This document shows, piece after piece, positions 50,117 through 59,650 of a DNA stretch of 64,000 nucleotides (the stretch's first letter is position 1; each line of letters starts with the position of its first letter). The DNA comes from an uncultured Eubacteriales bacterium. GTDB lineage: Bacteria; Pseudomonadota; Alphaproteobacteria; RF32; CAG-239. The stretch is from the NCBI GenBank assembly GCA_963632615.1, contig CAVGVF010000001.1, positions 72,636 through 136,635 on the forward strand, read 5' to 3'. The position numbers and the translations under genes are program-made. A model generated the notes under the pieces. The model searched no databases. It saw only the letters and a program-made list of their open reading frames with translations, and had not been told where the DNA came from.

Positions 50117-51589
50117 ATGGCAAATGAAACTAATATTCACAGAGAATCCAGATTGGCAAAATTGAGAACTTTGCAGGAAAAAGGTTATAACCCTTATCCT
50201 TATAAATTTGTTCCGACTATTTATGCCGCAGAATTACAGGAAAAATATAAAGATTTGGAAGCAGGCACGGATACCGAGGACCGTGTGACCGTAGCCGGCC
50301 GCGCTATGGCTGTGCGCAACAGCGGTATGTTTGTGGATATTAAAGATAAAAGCGGCAAAGTTCAGGCTTTCTGCTATAAAAAGATTTTGCCGGAAAGCGA
50401 TATGGAATTATTAAAATGCTTGGATGTGGGCGATATGGTTGGTGTCAGCGGCTTTGTGCGCCGCACTCCGCGCGGAGAATTGACAATCGCAGCCGAAAAA
50501 TTTGATATTATTGCCAAATCATTGCAGCCGCTGCCGGAAAAATTCCACGGCTTGACCGATGTTGACGCGCGCTACCGTCAGCGTTATGTAGATTTTATTA
50601 TGAATGACGACAGCAAGGAAATTTTCAAAAAACGCTGCCGTATAACCTCTGCCGTCCGCCGCTTTTTTGAACAGCATGAGTTTTTGGAAGTAGAAACTCC
50701 GATGCTGCATCCGATTATGGGCGGCGCTAATGCTAAACCGTTTATTACGCATCATAACGCTTTGGATATGGACTTATATCTGCGTATTGCTCCGGAGCTT
50801 TATTTGAAAAAGCTGGTTGTCGGCGGTTTTGACCGCGTGTTTGAAATCGGTCGCAACTTTAGAAATGAGGGTATAGATAAAAACCATAATCCGGAATTTA
50901 CCGGACTGGAAGCATACCAAGCTTATGCCGACTATAACGATATGGCTGATTTAATTCAAGATTTGCTGCGTTTTGTGGCGCAGGAAGTTTTGGGTACGCA
51001 GACTCTGACTATCGGCGATAAAGAAGTTGATTTGGCTAAACCGTTTGTCCGCAAGTCTATTGTTGATCTGATTAAAGATAAAACCGGCATTGACTTGCTG
51101 CAGGCCGAAACTTTGGAACAAGCTAAAGAAATGGCTAAATCAATCGGTGTTGACGCCGGTGCTTGCAGTTGCTGGGGCAAAGTGGTTCAAGAAGTGTTTG
51201 ATGAAAAAGTTGAAGCTTCTTTGATTGAGCCGACATTTGTAATGGATATGCCGAGAGATATTTCTCCTTTGGCTAAAACTCACCGCTCTAATCCGCGCTT
51301 GGTCGAACACTTTGACGCTTATTTAGGCGGGGTGGAAATCGGCTGCGCCTATTCCGAGCTTTCTAACCCATTGGAACAGCGCGAGCGTTTTGAAGCCGAA
51401 GTTGCCGCCCGTGAAAACGGCGATGACGAAGCTCAGATGCTGGATGAAGACTTTATTAACGCTTTGGAAAACGGTTTTCCTCCGTCCGGCGGTATGGGTA
51501 TGGGGATTGATCGCTTGGCTATTTTGTTTACCGGAGCAGAAACCATCCGCGATGTAATTGCTTTTCCGACTTTGAGAAAGAAAGATTAA
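50117..51589 (+). CDS. lysS: lysine--tRNA ligase (class II)
   Basis: OB-fold anticodon-binding domain plus class II motifs ([15 protein letters not shown]). Confidence 0.9.
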   Translation: MANETNIHRESRLAKLRTLQEKGYNPYPYKFVPTIYAAELQEKYKDLEAGTDTEDRVTVAGRAMAVRNSGMFVDIKDKSGKVQAFCYKKILPESDMELLKCLDVGDMVGVSGFVRRTPRGELTIAAEKFDIIAKSLQPLPEKFHGLTDVDARYRQRYVDFIMNDDSKEIFKKRCRITSAVRRFFEQHEFLEVETPMLHPIMGGANAKPFITHHNALDMDLYLRIAPELYLKKLVVGGFDRVFEIGRNFRNEGIDKNHNPEFTGLEAYQAYADYNDMADLIQDLLRFVAQEVLGTQTLTIGDKEVDLAKPFVRKSIVDLIKDKTGIDLLQAETLEQAKEMAKSIGVDAGACSCWGKVVQEVFDEKVEASLIEPTFVMDMPRDISPLAKTHRSNPRLVEHFDAYLGGVEIGCAYSELSNPLEQRERFEAEVAARENGDDEAQMLDEDFINALENGFPPSGGMGMGIDRLAILFTGAETIRDVIAFPTLRKKD

Positions 51590-51590
51590 A

Positions 51591-52703
51591 ATGAAAAAAC
51601 TCAGACGTATATGGATTGTTGCCTTAATCTTATTGGGTATTGCTTTGATTGAAGGCTTGATAGTGGCCTATGATTTGCTGAGGCCAAATCCGGAAAACTT
51701 TCAGCTGGCAACGGCAAGCATTGAATTGCCTGCCCGCGAAATCAAAATCAAGCCTTTTGTCTTTGAGGAGCATAACTCGCCGCTTTTGCAGCAAAAATTG
51801 GATAATATAAAAGCACAGATGACGGATTCTTTGCTGAATACCATTATCAATCAGTCTGCGGCAAATATCAAGCCGGAAGCTGCTTCTGATTCGGAAAGTG
51901 TAAAGGCTGAAACCGAAGAAAAGGCAGTAGAAAACCAACAGTTAAAGACTGAAAAAAAAACTGAAAATACCGTAAAAAACAGCGAACAAAAACAGGCTAA
52001 AATCATTACCGGCGGGCCGGTAATGATTGCGGTCGTGATTGACGATATGGGCGTAAGCGTTCCGCATACACGCGATATTTTAAGCTTGGAAAAGCCTGTA
52101 ACCGCATCTTTCTTGACCTACGGCGCGGCTAATCGCAAACAAGTGCGAGAGGCTAAAGAAAGAGGCTTTGAAGTTATGCTGCATGTGCCGATGATGCCGC
52201 ATGCCAAAGCCGATTTAGCTCCGGTTACTTTGTCGCCGAATATGTCGGAAGATGAAATTAAAAATGATTTTGTGCAAATGCTTGACCGCTATAAAGGCTT
52301 AGGGATGAAGGGCATAAACAATCACATGGGCAGTCTTTTTACCGAAAATGAAAAAAGCCTTGGCTATGTTATGCAAATTTTAAAAGATCGCAATCTGTTC
52401 TTTTTGGATTCTAAAACAACCGCTAAATCAGTCGGTGCCAAAGTTGCGGCAGAATACGGCGTGCCGTATATTGCCAGAGATGTATTTTTGGACAATGAAA
52501 ATGATTATAACTATATAATGAAGCAGCTCCGCCAAACTGAAAAAATCGCCCACATGCGTGGCTACGCAGTAGCTATCGGCCATCCGCGTACACAGACATA
52601 TTTGGCACTGCGCGATTGGATGAAGGAGTTGCCGGAACATAAAATACGTTTGGTACGTTTGGGAGATTTAGTGCGGGAAGTGAATAAAAAGTCAGAAAAT
52701 TGA
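51591..52703 (+). CDS. divergent polysaccharide deacetylase family protein (YibQ-like)
   Basis: N-terminal transmembrane helix, linker, then a YibQ-like domain with NNHMGS motif. Confidence 0.55.
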   Translation: MKKLRRIWIVALILLGIALIEGLIVAYDLLRPNPENFQLATASIELPAREIKIKPFVFEEHNSPLLQQKLDNIKAQMTDSLLNTIINQSAANIKPEAASDSESVKAETEEKAVENQQLKTEKKTENTVKNSEQKQAKIITGGPVMIAVVIDDMGVSVPHTRDILSLEKPVTASFLTYGAANRKQVREAKERGFEVMLHVPMMPHAKADLAPVTLSPNMSEDEIKNDFVQMLDRYKGLGMKGINNHMGSLFTENEKSLGYVMQILKDRNLFFLDSKTTAKSVGAKVAAEYGVPYIARDVFLDNENDYNYIMKQLRQTEKIAHMRGYAVAIGHPRTQTYLALRDWMKELPEHKIRLVRLGDLVREVNKKSEN

Positions 52704-52779
52704 AAAAAATTTGATTTTATGTAAAAAAGTTCTTGACCTTAGCGAAAAATACAAGTATATATACGCTTGTTCTTAACGT

Positions 52780-52854
52780 GGTCCCATCGTCTAATGGTTA
52801 GGACATCACCCTTTCACGGTGGCAATATGGGTTCGAGTCCCGTTGGGATCACCA
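52780..52854 (+). tRNA. tRNA-Glu (anticodon TTC)
   Basis: GGTCCCATCGTCTAATGG...CCTTTCACGG...GGTTCGAGTCCCGTTGGGATCACCA. Promoter TTGACC-N17-TATATA upstream. Confidence 0.85.
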
Positions 52855-52864
52855 ATCCATAAAA

Positions 52865-52890
52865 AGCCCTGCCTTTTGGCGGGGCTTTTT
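52865..52890 (+). terminator. intrinsic terminator after tRNA-Glu
   Basis: agccctgccttttggcggggct followed by a T-run. Confidence 0.7.
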
Positions 52891-53090
52891 ATATATCTGT
52901 AATTCTGGGGCTGGAACCCATAAAAATGTGTTTGACCTGCAGTCGGCAGGCAGACGTGTATGCCGGTTGCGAACTTGTGAGCAAGCCGACAAAGGCGGCG
53001 AAGCGTCAGCGCAGCCAGTCCCGTTGCGCTATTATCGATATTTCAAACAGTATTCTGCCTTTTGGTGGGGATTTTTATATATCTGTAATT
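52869..53090 (+). repeat. 36-bp imperfect direct repeats (52869-52904 and 53055-53090) flanking a GC-rich ~150-bp insert
   Basis: CTGCCTTTTGGCGGGGCTTTTTATATATCTGTAATT versus CTGCCTTTTGGTGGGGATTTTTATATATCTGTAATT. Confidence 0.6.
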
Positions 53091-53101
53091 TATGATTTAC
53101 A

Positions 53102-53638
53102 TTAGTTTCTTTGAGAATTATTTTTTATTCTTAACAACAAAGGTGTCAAAATGTCTTTTTTTAGAATTTCTGTAGCTTCATTATTAAAATAATTTTCGGT
53201 ATCTTTTTGTTGATAGGCACCTTTTCTTTTATAAGAAAATTTAAAACCATTTTTATTTAAAAGTCTTTGCAACATTGGTAAATTTCTATCAGATACCGTT
53301 ATAAGAGGTTTATTCGTATTTAATACTTCACAACTTTTTCTTATGATTTTTCTTGCAATTCCTCTACCTCTGCAATCTTCTCTTACAAATAAACAGCAAA
53401 TTTTCTTTTCTTCATCAGTATCTTTTAAAAGAGCGACTCCTATTGGAGTATTTTCTTTAATATAAGCTATAATAATTTTTCTTTTTCCGCTTTTTAATTC
53501 TGGAAAAAATTTGTTAAACAGCCATTCATTATGTTTTGGATAAGTATCATTGATTGATTTTGTCAGTTTTGCAATATTTTTATAAAGTACCATATCATTT
53601 ACAGAAAATTTATTGATGGCTTTAATTAGATAATTCAT
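53102..53638 (-). CDS. GNAT-family N-acetyltransferase
   Basis: Acetyl-CoA binding motif RGRGIARKII; 178 aa; very low GC. Confidence 0.65.
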   Translation of the reverse strand: MNYLIKAINKFSVNDMVLYKNIAKLTKSINDTYPKHNEWLFNKFFPELKSGKRKIIIAYIKENTPIGVALLKDTDEEKKICCLFVREDCRGRGIARKIIRKSCEVLNTNKPLITVSDRNLPMLQRLLNKNGFKFSYKRKGAYQQKDTENYFNNEATEILKKDILTPLLLRIKNNSQRN

Positions 53639-53710
53639 TTTTATTCTCTTTACAAAGTTAAATTTTTATTTAGTATAACAAATATTACTAATACAATCAA
53701 GGAGATAAAA

Positions 53711-54046
53711 ATGCAAAAATTAAATGTAAAAGAAAAGTACTATAATATGCTGAAACAAGGGACAAAAACAATAGAATTGAGATTATTTGATGACAAGAGA
53801 AAAAATATAAAAGTTGGTGATATCATTGAGTTTTCAAATAATTCTGATTCAGAAGACACTTTTTTAGCACAAGTTGTAAAATTGCATCGAGCAGATAATT
53901 TTGAAGAATTATGTAATAAAATTAATTGTCACAATGCTGGTTTTGAAACAAATCAAGACCTTATGAATGTATTGGAAGAATTTTATTCTTTAGAGCGCCA
54001 AAAAGAATTAGGCGTTGTCGGTATTGAAATTAAGAAAATTGATTAA
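53711..54046 (+). CDS. ASCH (PUA-like) domain protein
   Basis: 111 aa. N-terminus KEKYYNMLKQGTKTIELRL is typical of the ASCH beta-barrel. RBS AAGGAG. Confidence 0.45.
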   Translation: MQKLNVKEKYYNMLKQGTKTIELRLFDDKRKNIKVGDIIEFSNNSDSEDTFLAQVVKLHRADNFEELCNKINCHNAGFETNQDLMNVLEEFYSLERQKELGVVGIEIKKID

Positions 54047-54100
54047 CATGCAAAAAATGCCTCTTTATTAGTATCTGACTAATTTTGAGGCATTTTTAAC

Positions 54101-54286
54101 TTATCTTACGCACATGCAATAAAGTGTTATTACAATCATTGCAATAGCATACCATTTTGTTATTTTCCAAGAAGTTTTTTTATCTTCTTTATAACGGTTT
54201 TCATATTCTACCTTGTTTGTCATTTCAAGCAATCCAAGATAAATGAATGTGCAAACCAAAATTGCTATAAAATAAGCAGCTGCCAT
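54101..54286 (-). CDS. small two-TM hypothetical membrane protein
   Basis: 61-aa ORF with two hydrophobic helices; weak. Confidence 0.25.
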   Translation of the reverse strand: MAAAYFIAILVCTFIYLGLLEMTNKVEYENRYKEDKKTSWKITKWYAIAMIVITLYCMCVR

Positions 54287-54451
54287 AATTATTAAATATT
54301 AAAAATAAAAAACTGCTTGGATTATAATATAATGTCAATATTTTGTCAAATTATATTATTTGAGATAAAAAAAGCCAAAGATAAAACAGTTTTAAGAATT
54401 TGTATTTTACAAAAATAAAAAATCGCCTCTTAAAAGGCGATTTTCATGAAA

Positions 54452-54475
54452 TGATGCCATTAGCAAGAAAGTCCA
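54452..54475 (-). pseudogene. orphan 3'-terminal fragment of tRNA-Thr with duplicated terminator
   Basis: Minus strand ...tcttgctaatggcaTca matches the tRNA-Thr 3' end apart from CCA to TCA. Part of a ~55-bp direct repeat (54416-54472 versus 54596-54652). Confidence 0.55.
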
Positions 54476-54595
54476 TCGCCTGACGGCTCACGACATCTCC
54501 GCCGCCTGCGCATAAGTTCGCTTGGCGATGTCGATTTCGGACTTTCGGATTGCGTTCGCAATCTTTCGCAAGTCTTCTTCTTGCTTAATTAAAAC

Positions 54596-54626
54596 ATAAA
54601 AATCGCCTCTTAAAAGGCGATTTTTA
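54596..54626 (-). terminator. intrinsic terminator after tRNA-Thr
   Basis: Minus strand atcgccttttaagaggcgat followed by a T-run. Confidence 0.65.
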
Positions 54627-54631
54627 TGAAA

Positions 54632-54706
54632 TGGTGCCATTAGCAAGAATCGGACTTGCGACCCCGTCATTACCAATGACGTGCTCTACCACTGAGCTAT
54701 AATGGC
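54632..54706 (-). tRNA. tRNA-Thr (anticodon GGT)
   Basis: Minus strand GCCATTATAGCTCAGTGGTAGAGCACGTCATTGGTAATGACGGGGTCGCAAGTCCGATTCTTGCTAATGGCACCA. Confidence 0.85.
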
Positions 54707-54865
54707 GTGACTAAACTAAAAACATAATACTTAACAGATGACGGGGTCTGCTCCCCCGCTTGTCGGTCTAGGCTCGCCGCGGTCGTTTGCACTTTCCTTG
54801 CTTGCCAAGCCCTTCCAAGGCGTTACAGACAAAAATAACAAAAAATTGTTATTTTTGCTTAGCCG

Positions 54866-54901
54866 CTACCAATGACGTGCTCTACCACTGAGCTATAATG
54901 G
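54866..54901 (-). pseudogene. orphan 5' half of tRNA-Thr (positions 1-36, breakpoint in anticodon loop)
   Basis: Minus strand GCCATTATAGCTCAGTGGTAGAGCACGTCATTGGTA is identical to the first 36 nt of the intact gene 160 bp away. Confidence 0.7.
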
Positions 54902-55081
54902 CAACGCTCAAAACTCATCAACTGAAACATTTCAGCAACAAATTTCATATAACAACATACAGATATGATTTTAAAAATCAATGTATTTTTTTATAAAAGT
55001 GCAAAATTTATGCAAAATTTTTACCATTTACCGAATATAGTAGCCCATGATTATTGTAAAAATAAAGAGTTAGAGGGAAAA

Positions 55082-57190
55082 ATGAGCGCTAAAAATCCTG
55101 AAAAAAAATTGAAAAAAACTGATAAAACCGAAAATTTTGCTTTGCCTGAGCAGCCGGAAAGCTGGTTTGCCAACGGATTGCATCGTTTTATGATTGTTTT
55201 TAGCGTGATGTGGTTTGGTATTGTGGCTGTTTACATTACGGAATTTTTTGGCTGGGATAATCTTTTTTCTATGGTGCCGAATGAATTTAGCGGTTTTATG
55301 GCCGGTATGACGCTGCCTTTGGCTATTGTTTGGGTGGTTATGGCGTATATTGACCGCGGCAGCAGCTTTCGAAACGAGACACAGATGCTGCGCGATTCGC
55401 TTAATCGAGTGATTTTTCCGGATTCTAACGGCAGTGACGCTACTAAAATGATTGCTGATGCCATAAAAGCACAGGTTTCCGACTTAAAAGAGACTACCCG
55501 GGATGTCTGCGCTCAGGCCGATGTGATTAAACGCGATTTAAGCGACCGTATAGCCGAAATGAAATCGCTTGCCGGCGAATTAGACACCTACTCTTCGCAA
55601 ACAATGCAGGAACTGAATTCAGAAATTAAAAAATTGGTTGAAAACTTTACGTTTGTGGCCGAAAAAGCCGCTTCCACAACTGCTGATTTTAGGGTTAATA
55701 CTTTGCAGATGCGTGAAGACAGCGAGCAGCTTTCCAATATTATGAAGCCGATGGTTAATGAAATGGTTACAGCTGCCGAAAATATTAAAGAGGTTGTGAA
55801 TGTAAACAATGAAAATATAGAAAAAGCTCAAGCGCAGCTCAATAATTATTCGGAATCCAGCCAGCTGGCGATTGGGCGGATTATTGAATCATGGGCTGAA
55901 AAAGGCGAAAATCTTGAAAAAACATTTTTGCGTACAGCTGAAAATTGCGAAGAGCTGTTTCATCGTTTGGATTCCGGAATATCGCATATCGAAACCAGCA
56001 TAAATGAGCAAAAAACCGTAGTTGAACAGCAGTCGGCTATTTTGGATAAAAACTCCGGCTATCTGGATAAAAAGCTTGGCGAGTACGGCAAGCTTATCAG
56101 TTTGGAAGTAGAAGCTATGATTGAACGTTCCAATACTTTGGAGCAAAATATTCAGACTCAGATGAAAAATATGCGTGAAGCCTCGGCTCAAACCGAAGAA
56201 ATTTTCGGCCGTTTGGGCTCTGATATAGCCAATAAACGCCAGCTGCTGGAAACTGAGGGCAGCAGAATGATTAACAATATTCATCTGACTATCGGCACAC
56301 TGGGCGATGAAGTGGCGCGTTTACAGGATTTTTATAAAAATACGCAGGACAAAAACAGCGAGCTGGGCAAAGTTTTTTCTTCTATTGCTCAAACATTAAA
56401 AGAAATGGAAGACGGCTTGCTTGCCAGCGTTAATAATTTCAGTACCAAAGCCGGCGGCGTGGTTGATAAATTTAATGAGGTAAACAGTCTTGTTTCCGGA
56501 AATATCGGTAAGTTATCTGAAACTGCCGACAGCATTGCCAACCAAAGCAAAACCAATGCCGGATTGCTGATAGAACAAGATGAATATGTCAACAAAGCTC
56601 TGGGCAGCTTAAAGCAAATCAGCACGCAGATTTCCGCTTTGAATAAAGATATGTCGGCATCTGCCGGCAGTATCGGCAAAACATTGTCTGTATATGAAAA
56701 CAAAATGTCGGCGTTCAGCAAAGCTTTAGGCGAGCATTTGACTGATTTGAACGAAAATTATGATAAAACTCAAAAGCAATATGATGAATTTAATCAAAAA
56801 TTTAAGGTTGCGAGTATTGATACGTTTATGAAGAATTCTGCCGATATTATCAGCGAATTAGAGACTATTTCCATTGATATTAACAGTATCTTCAACAAAA
56901 CCGGCGATGACGAGGCTTTATGGAAAAAGTATTATGAAGGCGATCATAGTGTGTTTGTGCGCTATCTTTCTAAAAATATGACCAAAAAAGAAGTGATAGC
57001 CGTGCGTGAAGATTACGAAAAGAAGCCGGATTTCCGTGTTGTGGTTGACAAGTATCTGGATGATTTCAACAGCCTGATAGAAGCGGCTCGCAGCAATAAC
57101 CGCGCCAGTACTTTGCTTGCTTTGATTTCCGGTTCGGATATCGGTAAAGTTTATTATATCTTGTCACGCGCTTTAGGAAAGGTAAACTAG
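55082..57190 (+). CDS. membrane-anchored long coiled-coil protein
   Basis: RBS AGAGGGA; two or three N-terminal transmembrane helices then ~600 aa of heptad-rich Q/E/K/N sequence. The track ORF starts at 54965, upstream of the RBS. Confidence 0.5.
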   Translation: MSAKNPEKKLKKTDKTENFALPEQPESWFANGLHRFMIVFSVMWFGIVAVYITEFFGWDNLFSMVPNEFSGFMAGMTLPLAIVWVVMAYIDRGSSFRNETQMLRDSLNRVIFPDSNGSDATKMIADAIKAQVSDLKETTRDVCAQADVIKRDLSDRIAEMKSLAGELDTYSSQTMQELNSEIKKLVENFTFVAEKAASTTADFRVNTLQMREDSEQLSNIMKPMVNEMVTAAENIKEVVNVNNENIEKAQAQLNNYSESSQLAIGRIIESWAEKGENLEKTFLRTAENCEELFHRLDSGISHIETSINEQKTVVEQQSAILDKNSGYLDKKLGEYGKLISLEVEAMIERSNTLEQNIQTQMKNMREASAQTEEIFGRLGSDIANKRQLLETEGSRMINNIHLTIGTLGDEVARLQDFYKNTQDKNSELGKVFSSIAQTLKEMEDGLLASVNNFSTKAGGVVDKFNEVNSLVSGNIGKLSETADSIANQSKTNAGLLIEQDEYVNKALGSLKQISTQISALNKDMSASAGSIGKTLSVYENKMSAFSKALGEHLTDLNENYDKTQKQYDEFNQKFKVASIDTFMKNSADIISELETISIDINSIFNKTGDDEALWKKYYEGDHSVFVRYLSKNMTKKEVIAVREDYEKKPDFRVVVDKYLDDFNSLIEAARSNNRASTLLALISGSDIGKVYYILSRALGKVN

Positions 57191-57193
57191 TCT

Positions 57194-58153
57194 ATGACTT
57201 TCGGCGGATTCGACAGTCCGGTGTTTTTAGCGCCCATGGCCGGAGTTACGGACAGACCGTTCCGGCAGATTTTAACATCCTGCGGCAAAGGCAATATGTA
57301 TGCAGAGATGGCGGCCATAAACGCTTTGCAGCGTAAAAATCCTAAGAGCTGGCAAATTGCCGATGTGCGTCCCGAAAATTATCCGGTAGTGGTTCAGCTG
57401 GTGGGCAATGATGCCGGTTTATTTGCCGAAGCGGCAAAATTAGTGGCGGATTTGGGCGCGCGTTCTTTGGATATTAACATGGGCTGTCCGGTTAAAAAGA
57501 TTGTCAATAATGAGTCCGGTTCGGCGCTGATGAAAGATATGCCGCGCGCTGCCAAAATTATTGAAGCGGTGGTAAAAGCCACTCCCCTCTCCGTCAGTGT
57601 AAAATTCCGTAAAGGCTGGGATAATGAGCATATAAACGCTGTTGAGTTTGCTAAAATGTGTGAAGAAAGCGGCGCTTCGTATATTACGGTGCATGGGCGT
57701 ACGCGGGCGCAGGGCTACAGCGGCGAAGCAGATTGGAACATTATTAAAGCCGTGAAAGAAAGCGTCAGGATTCCGGTTATCGGCAACGGCGATATCGATT
57801 CGCCGCAAAAAGCCAAGCAGCGAATGGCCGAAAGCGGAGTTGACGGAGTTATGATTGGCCGAGCCGTACTGGGCAATCCGTGGCTATTAAATCAGACCCA
57901 TGAATATCTGCTGCACGGTACATTGCCGGCTGAGCCGTCAGTGCGGCAAATCAAAGAAATTTTGCTCAAACATTTGCGTATGCTTATGGATTATTACGGC
58001 GAAAAAGCCGGAATTGCCGTGTCGCGCAAGCATGTCGGCTGGTATGTGCGCAGTTTGTACGAGGCTAAAAAGTTTCGCGAGCAATATACAAAGCTTACAG
58101 ATTTTGAAACAGCGGAAAAGCTGATAAATGATTATTTTGCGGGGTTGGAATAA
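57194..58153 (+). CDS. dusB: tRNA-dihydrouridine synthase (DusB-like)
   Basis: FMN-binding TIM-barrel Dus motifs (LAPMAGVTD, INMGCP, VHGRTR); 319 aa. Confidence 0.8.
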   Translation: MTFGGFDSPVFLAPMAGVTDRPFRQILTSCGKGNMYAEMAAINALQRKNPKSWQIADVRPENYPVVVQLVGNDAGLFAEAAKLVADLGARSLDINMGCPVKKIVNNESGSALMKDMPRAAKIIEAVVKATPLSVSVKFRKGWDNEHINAVEFAKMCEESGASYITVHGRTRAQGYSGEADWNIIKAVKESVRIPVIGNGDIDSPQKAKQRMAESGVDGVMIGRAVLGNPWLLNQTHEYLLHGTLPAEPSVRQIKEILLKHLRMLMDYYGEKAGIAVSRKHVGWYVRSLYEAKKFREQYTKLTDFETAEKLINDYFAGLE

Positions 58154-59520
58154 TGAAAATTGTTATCGGCGGCGCTTCAAGCGTCGGTAAAAGTTTAGTC
58201 GGATATCTAAGTTTGGGCAGCAATGATATTGTTGTGGTGGATGAAGATGCCGCAAAACTGGATGATATTGCTAAAGAATATGATATCCAGCCGGTTACAG
58301 GGGCTATATCTAATCCGGATATTCAAGAGGCTGTCGGTATGAAAAAAGCCGATATGCTGATTGCCGTGACGGAAAATGACGAAGTTAATCTGGTGGCTTG
58401 TCAGGTGGCATATACTTTGTTCGGTGTGCCGCGTAAAATTGCCCGCGTGGATTCGCAATATTTTTTGAACCCGCTTTGGAATAAACTTTATAATGAAAAA
58501 AGCTTGCCGGTAGATTTGGTAATCACTCCGGATATTGAAATAGCCAAGTTTTTGCTCGGATTGTTTAAATTGCCCGGGAGTATGGCGGTTTACCCGTTTT
58601 TGAATGATGAATTGAATATTTTTTGTTTCCGCCAAAAAGATACGGATATTCCGTTTATGAAATTTTCGCTGAATCATATCAACAGCAAATTGTCCGAACT
58701 TTCGGCCGCAGTGGTAATGATTTTGCGCGGAAATCACCGTATTTTGGCCGGCGCCGAAGACATTTATCTGCAGCGCAACGATATTATTTATATCGCCTGC
58801 CCGCCGGAACGCAACATTGATGTAATGCGGCTGTTCGGGGTGGATCATAATCCTTATGAAAAAACGGTAATTTTCGGGGCAAACGCCATTTCTTATTATT
58901 TGGCCTCTCAGCTGGAAAGCGATGAAAACGTTATAAGCTGCAGCATTGTTGAAAATGATACGGCTAAAGCGCATCGTCTGGCCGAAAAATTGAACAAAGC
59001 ATCGGTTATTGCAGGAGAAATGATGAGCGACCGTATTTTAGAAGACGCAGGGTTTGCCGCGGCAGATGTCAGCGTTGCGGTTACCGAAAAAGATAAAGAC
59101 AACCTTTTGATTTCTCTGCTGGCTTCTAAAAATAAAGATACTCAGGCGGTATCGCTTGTAAATTCCCGCGAATATAATTTGCTGGCCACAAATATCCGCA
59201 ACAATACGATTATAGACCGTTCGGTTATTACGGTTTCCGGCATTTTGCAATATCTGCGCCGCGCCCGTATCAATGAAGCGTATGCGCTGGGGCGTGAAAT
59301 GGGAGAAATTTGGGAGATCCGCTTGGGAGAAGACAGCAGCAATGCCGGACAAACCATTTTAGAGCTTAAATTGCCGGAAAACAGTGCCGTTTTAGCGGTG
59401 GCAAGCGATGATAAATTTATCTTTAATCCGGCAGAATATAAATTAAAGGAAAATGATAAATTGATTGTCTATGTTTCTCCTGCCGATATTCGGGCGATTG
59501 AGCGTATCTTTTATCGATAA
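58153..59520 (+). CDS. trkA: Trk system potassium uptake protein TrkA
   Basis: Two TrkA-N NAD-binding Rossmann domains each followed by a TrkA-C domain; 455 aa. Confidence 0.85.
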   Translation: MKIVIGGASSVGKSLVGYLSLGSNDIVVVDEDAAKLDDIAKEYDIQPVTGAISNPDIQEAVGMKKADMLIAVTENDEVNLVACQVAYTLFGVPRKIARVDSQYFLNPLWNKLYNEKSLPVDLVITPDIEIAKFLLGLFKLPGSMAVYPFLNDELNIFCFRQKDTDIPFMKFSLNHINSKLSELSAAVVMILRGNHRILAGAEDIYLQRNDIIYIACPPERNIDVMRLFGVDHNPYEKTVIFGANAISYYLASQLESDENVISCSIVENDTAKAHRLAEKLNKASVIAGEMMSDRILEDAGFAAADVSVAVTEKDKDNLLISLLASKNKDTQAVSLVNSREYNLLATNIRNNTIIDRSVITVSGILQYLRRARINEAYALGREMGEIWEIRLGEDSSNAGQTILELKLPENSAVLAVASDDKFIFNPAEYKLKENDKLIVYVSPADIRAIERIFYR

Positions 59521-59650
59521 ATGCTTAAAAATAAAGCTAAAAACTCTTGAAATTTAAAAAAAATGCGCTATTGTTAGGCAACTTTAAGCACGTGGTATGT
59601 ATTTTCCGCGCAGCTTTTTTGTGGAGATTTTATAAAAGGAAAATTTAATA

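Noticed and set aside
52926-53105. 59-codon open frame (MCLTCSRQADVYAGCELVSKPTKAAKRQRSQ...) spanning the GC-rich insert downstream of tRNA-Glu.
   Set aside because: No RBS, and it overlaps the 3' end of the GNAT gene on the other strand. Openness is expected by chance in GC-rich DNA. Treated as non-coding.
54488-54676. Track ORF 54488-54676 (-) of 62 aa.
   Set aside because: It overlaps the intact tRNA-Thr, its terminator and the repeat scar. Spurious.
54707-54865. Possibility that the GC-rich segment next to tRNA-Thr is the SRP (4.5S) RNA.
   Set aside because: Only loose GGAAGG/CAAGG similarity. I could not reconstruct the conserved domain IV loops or a GNRA-capped helix. Left as an unassigned structured segment.
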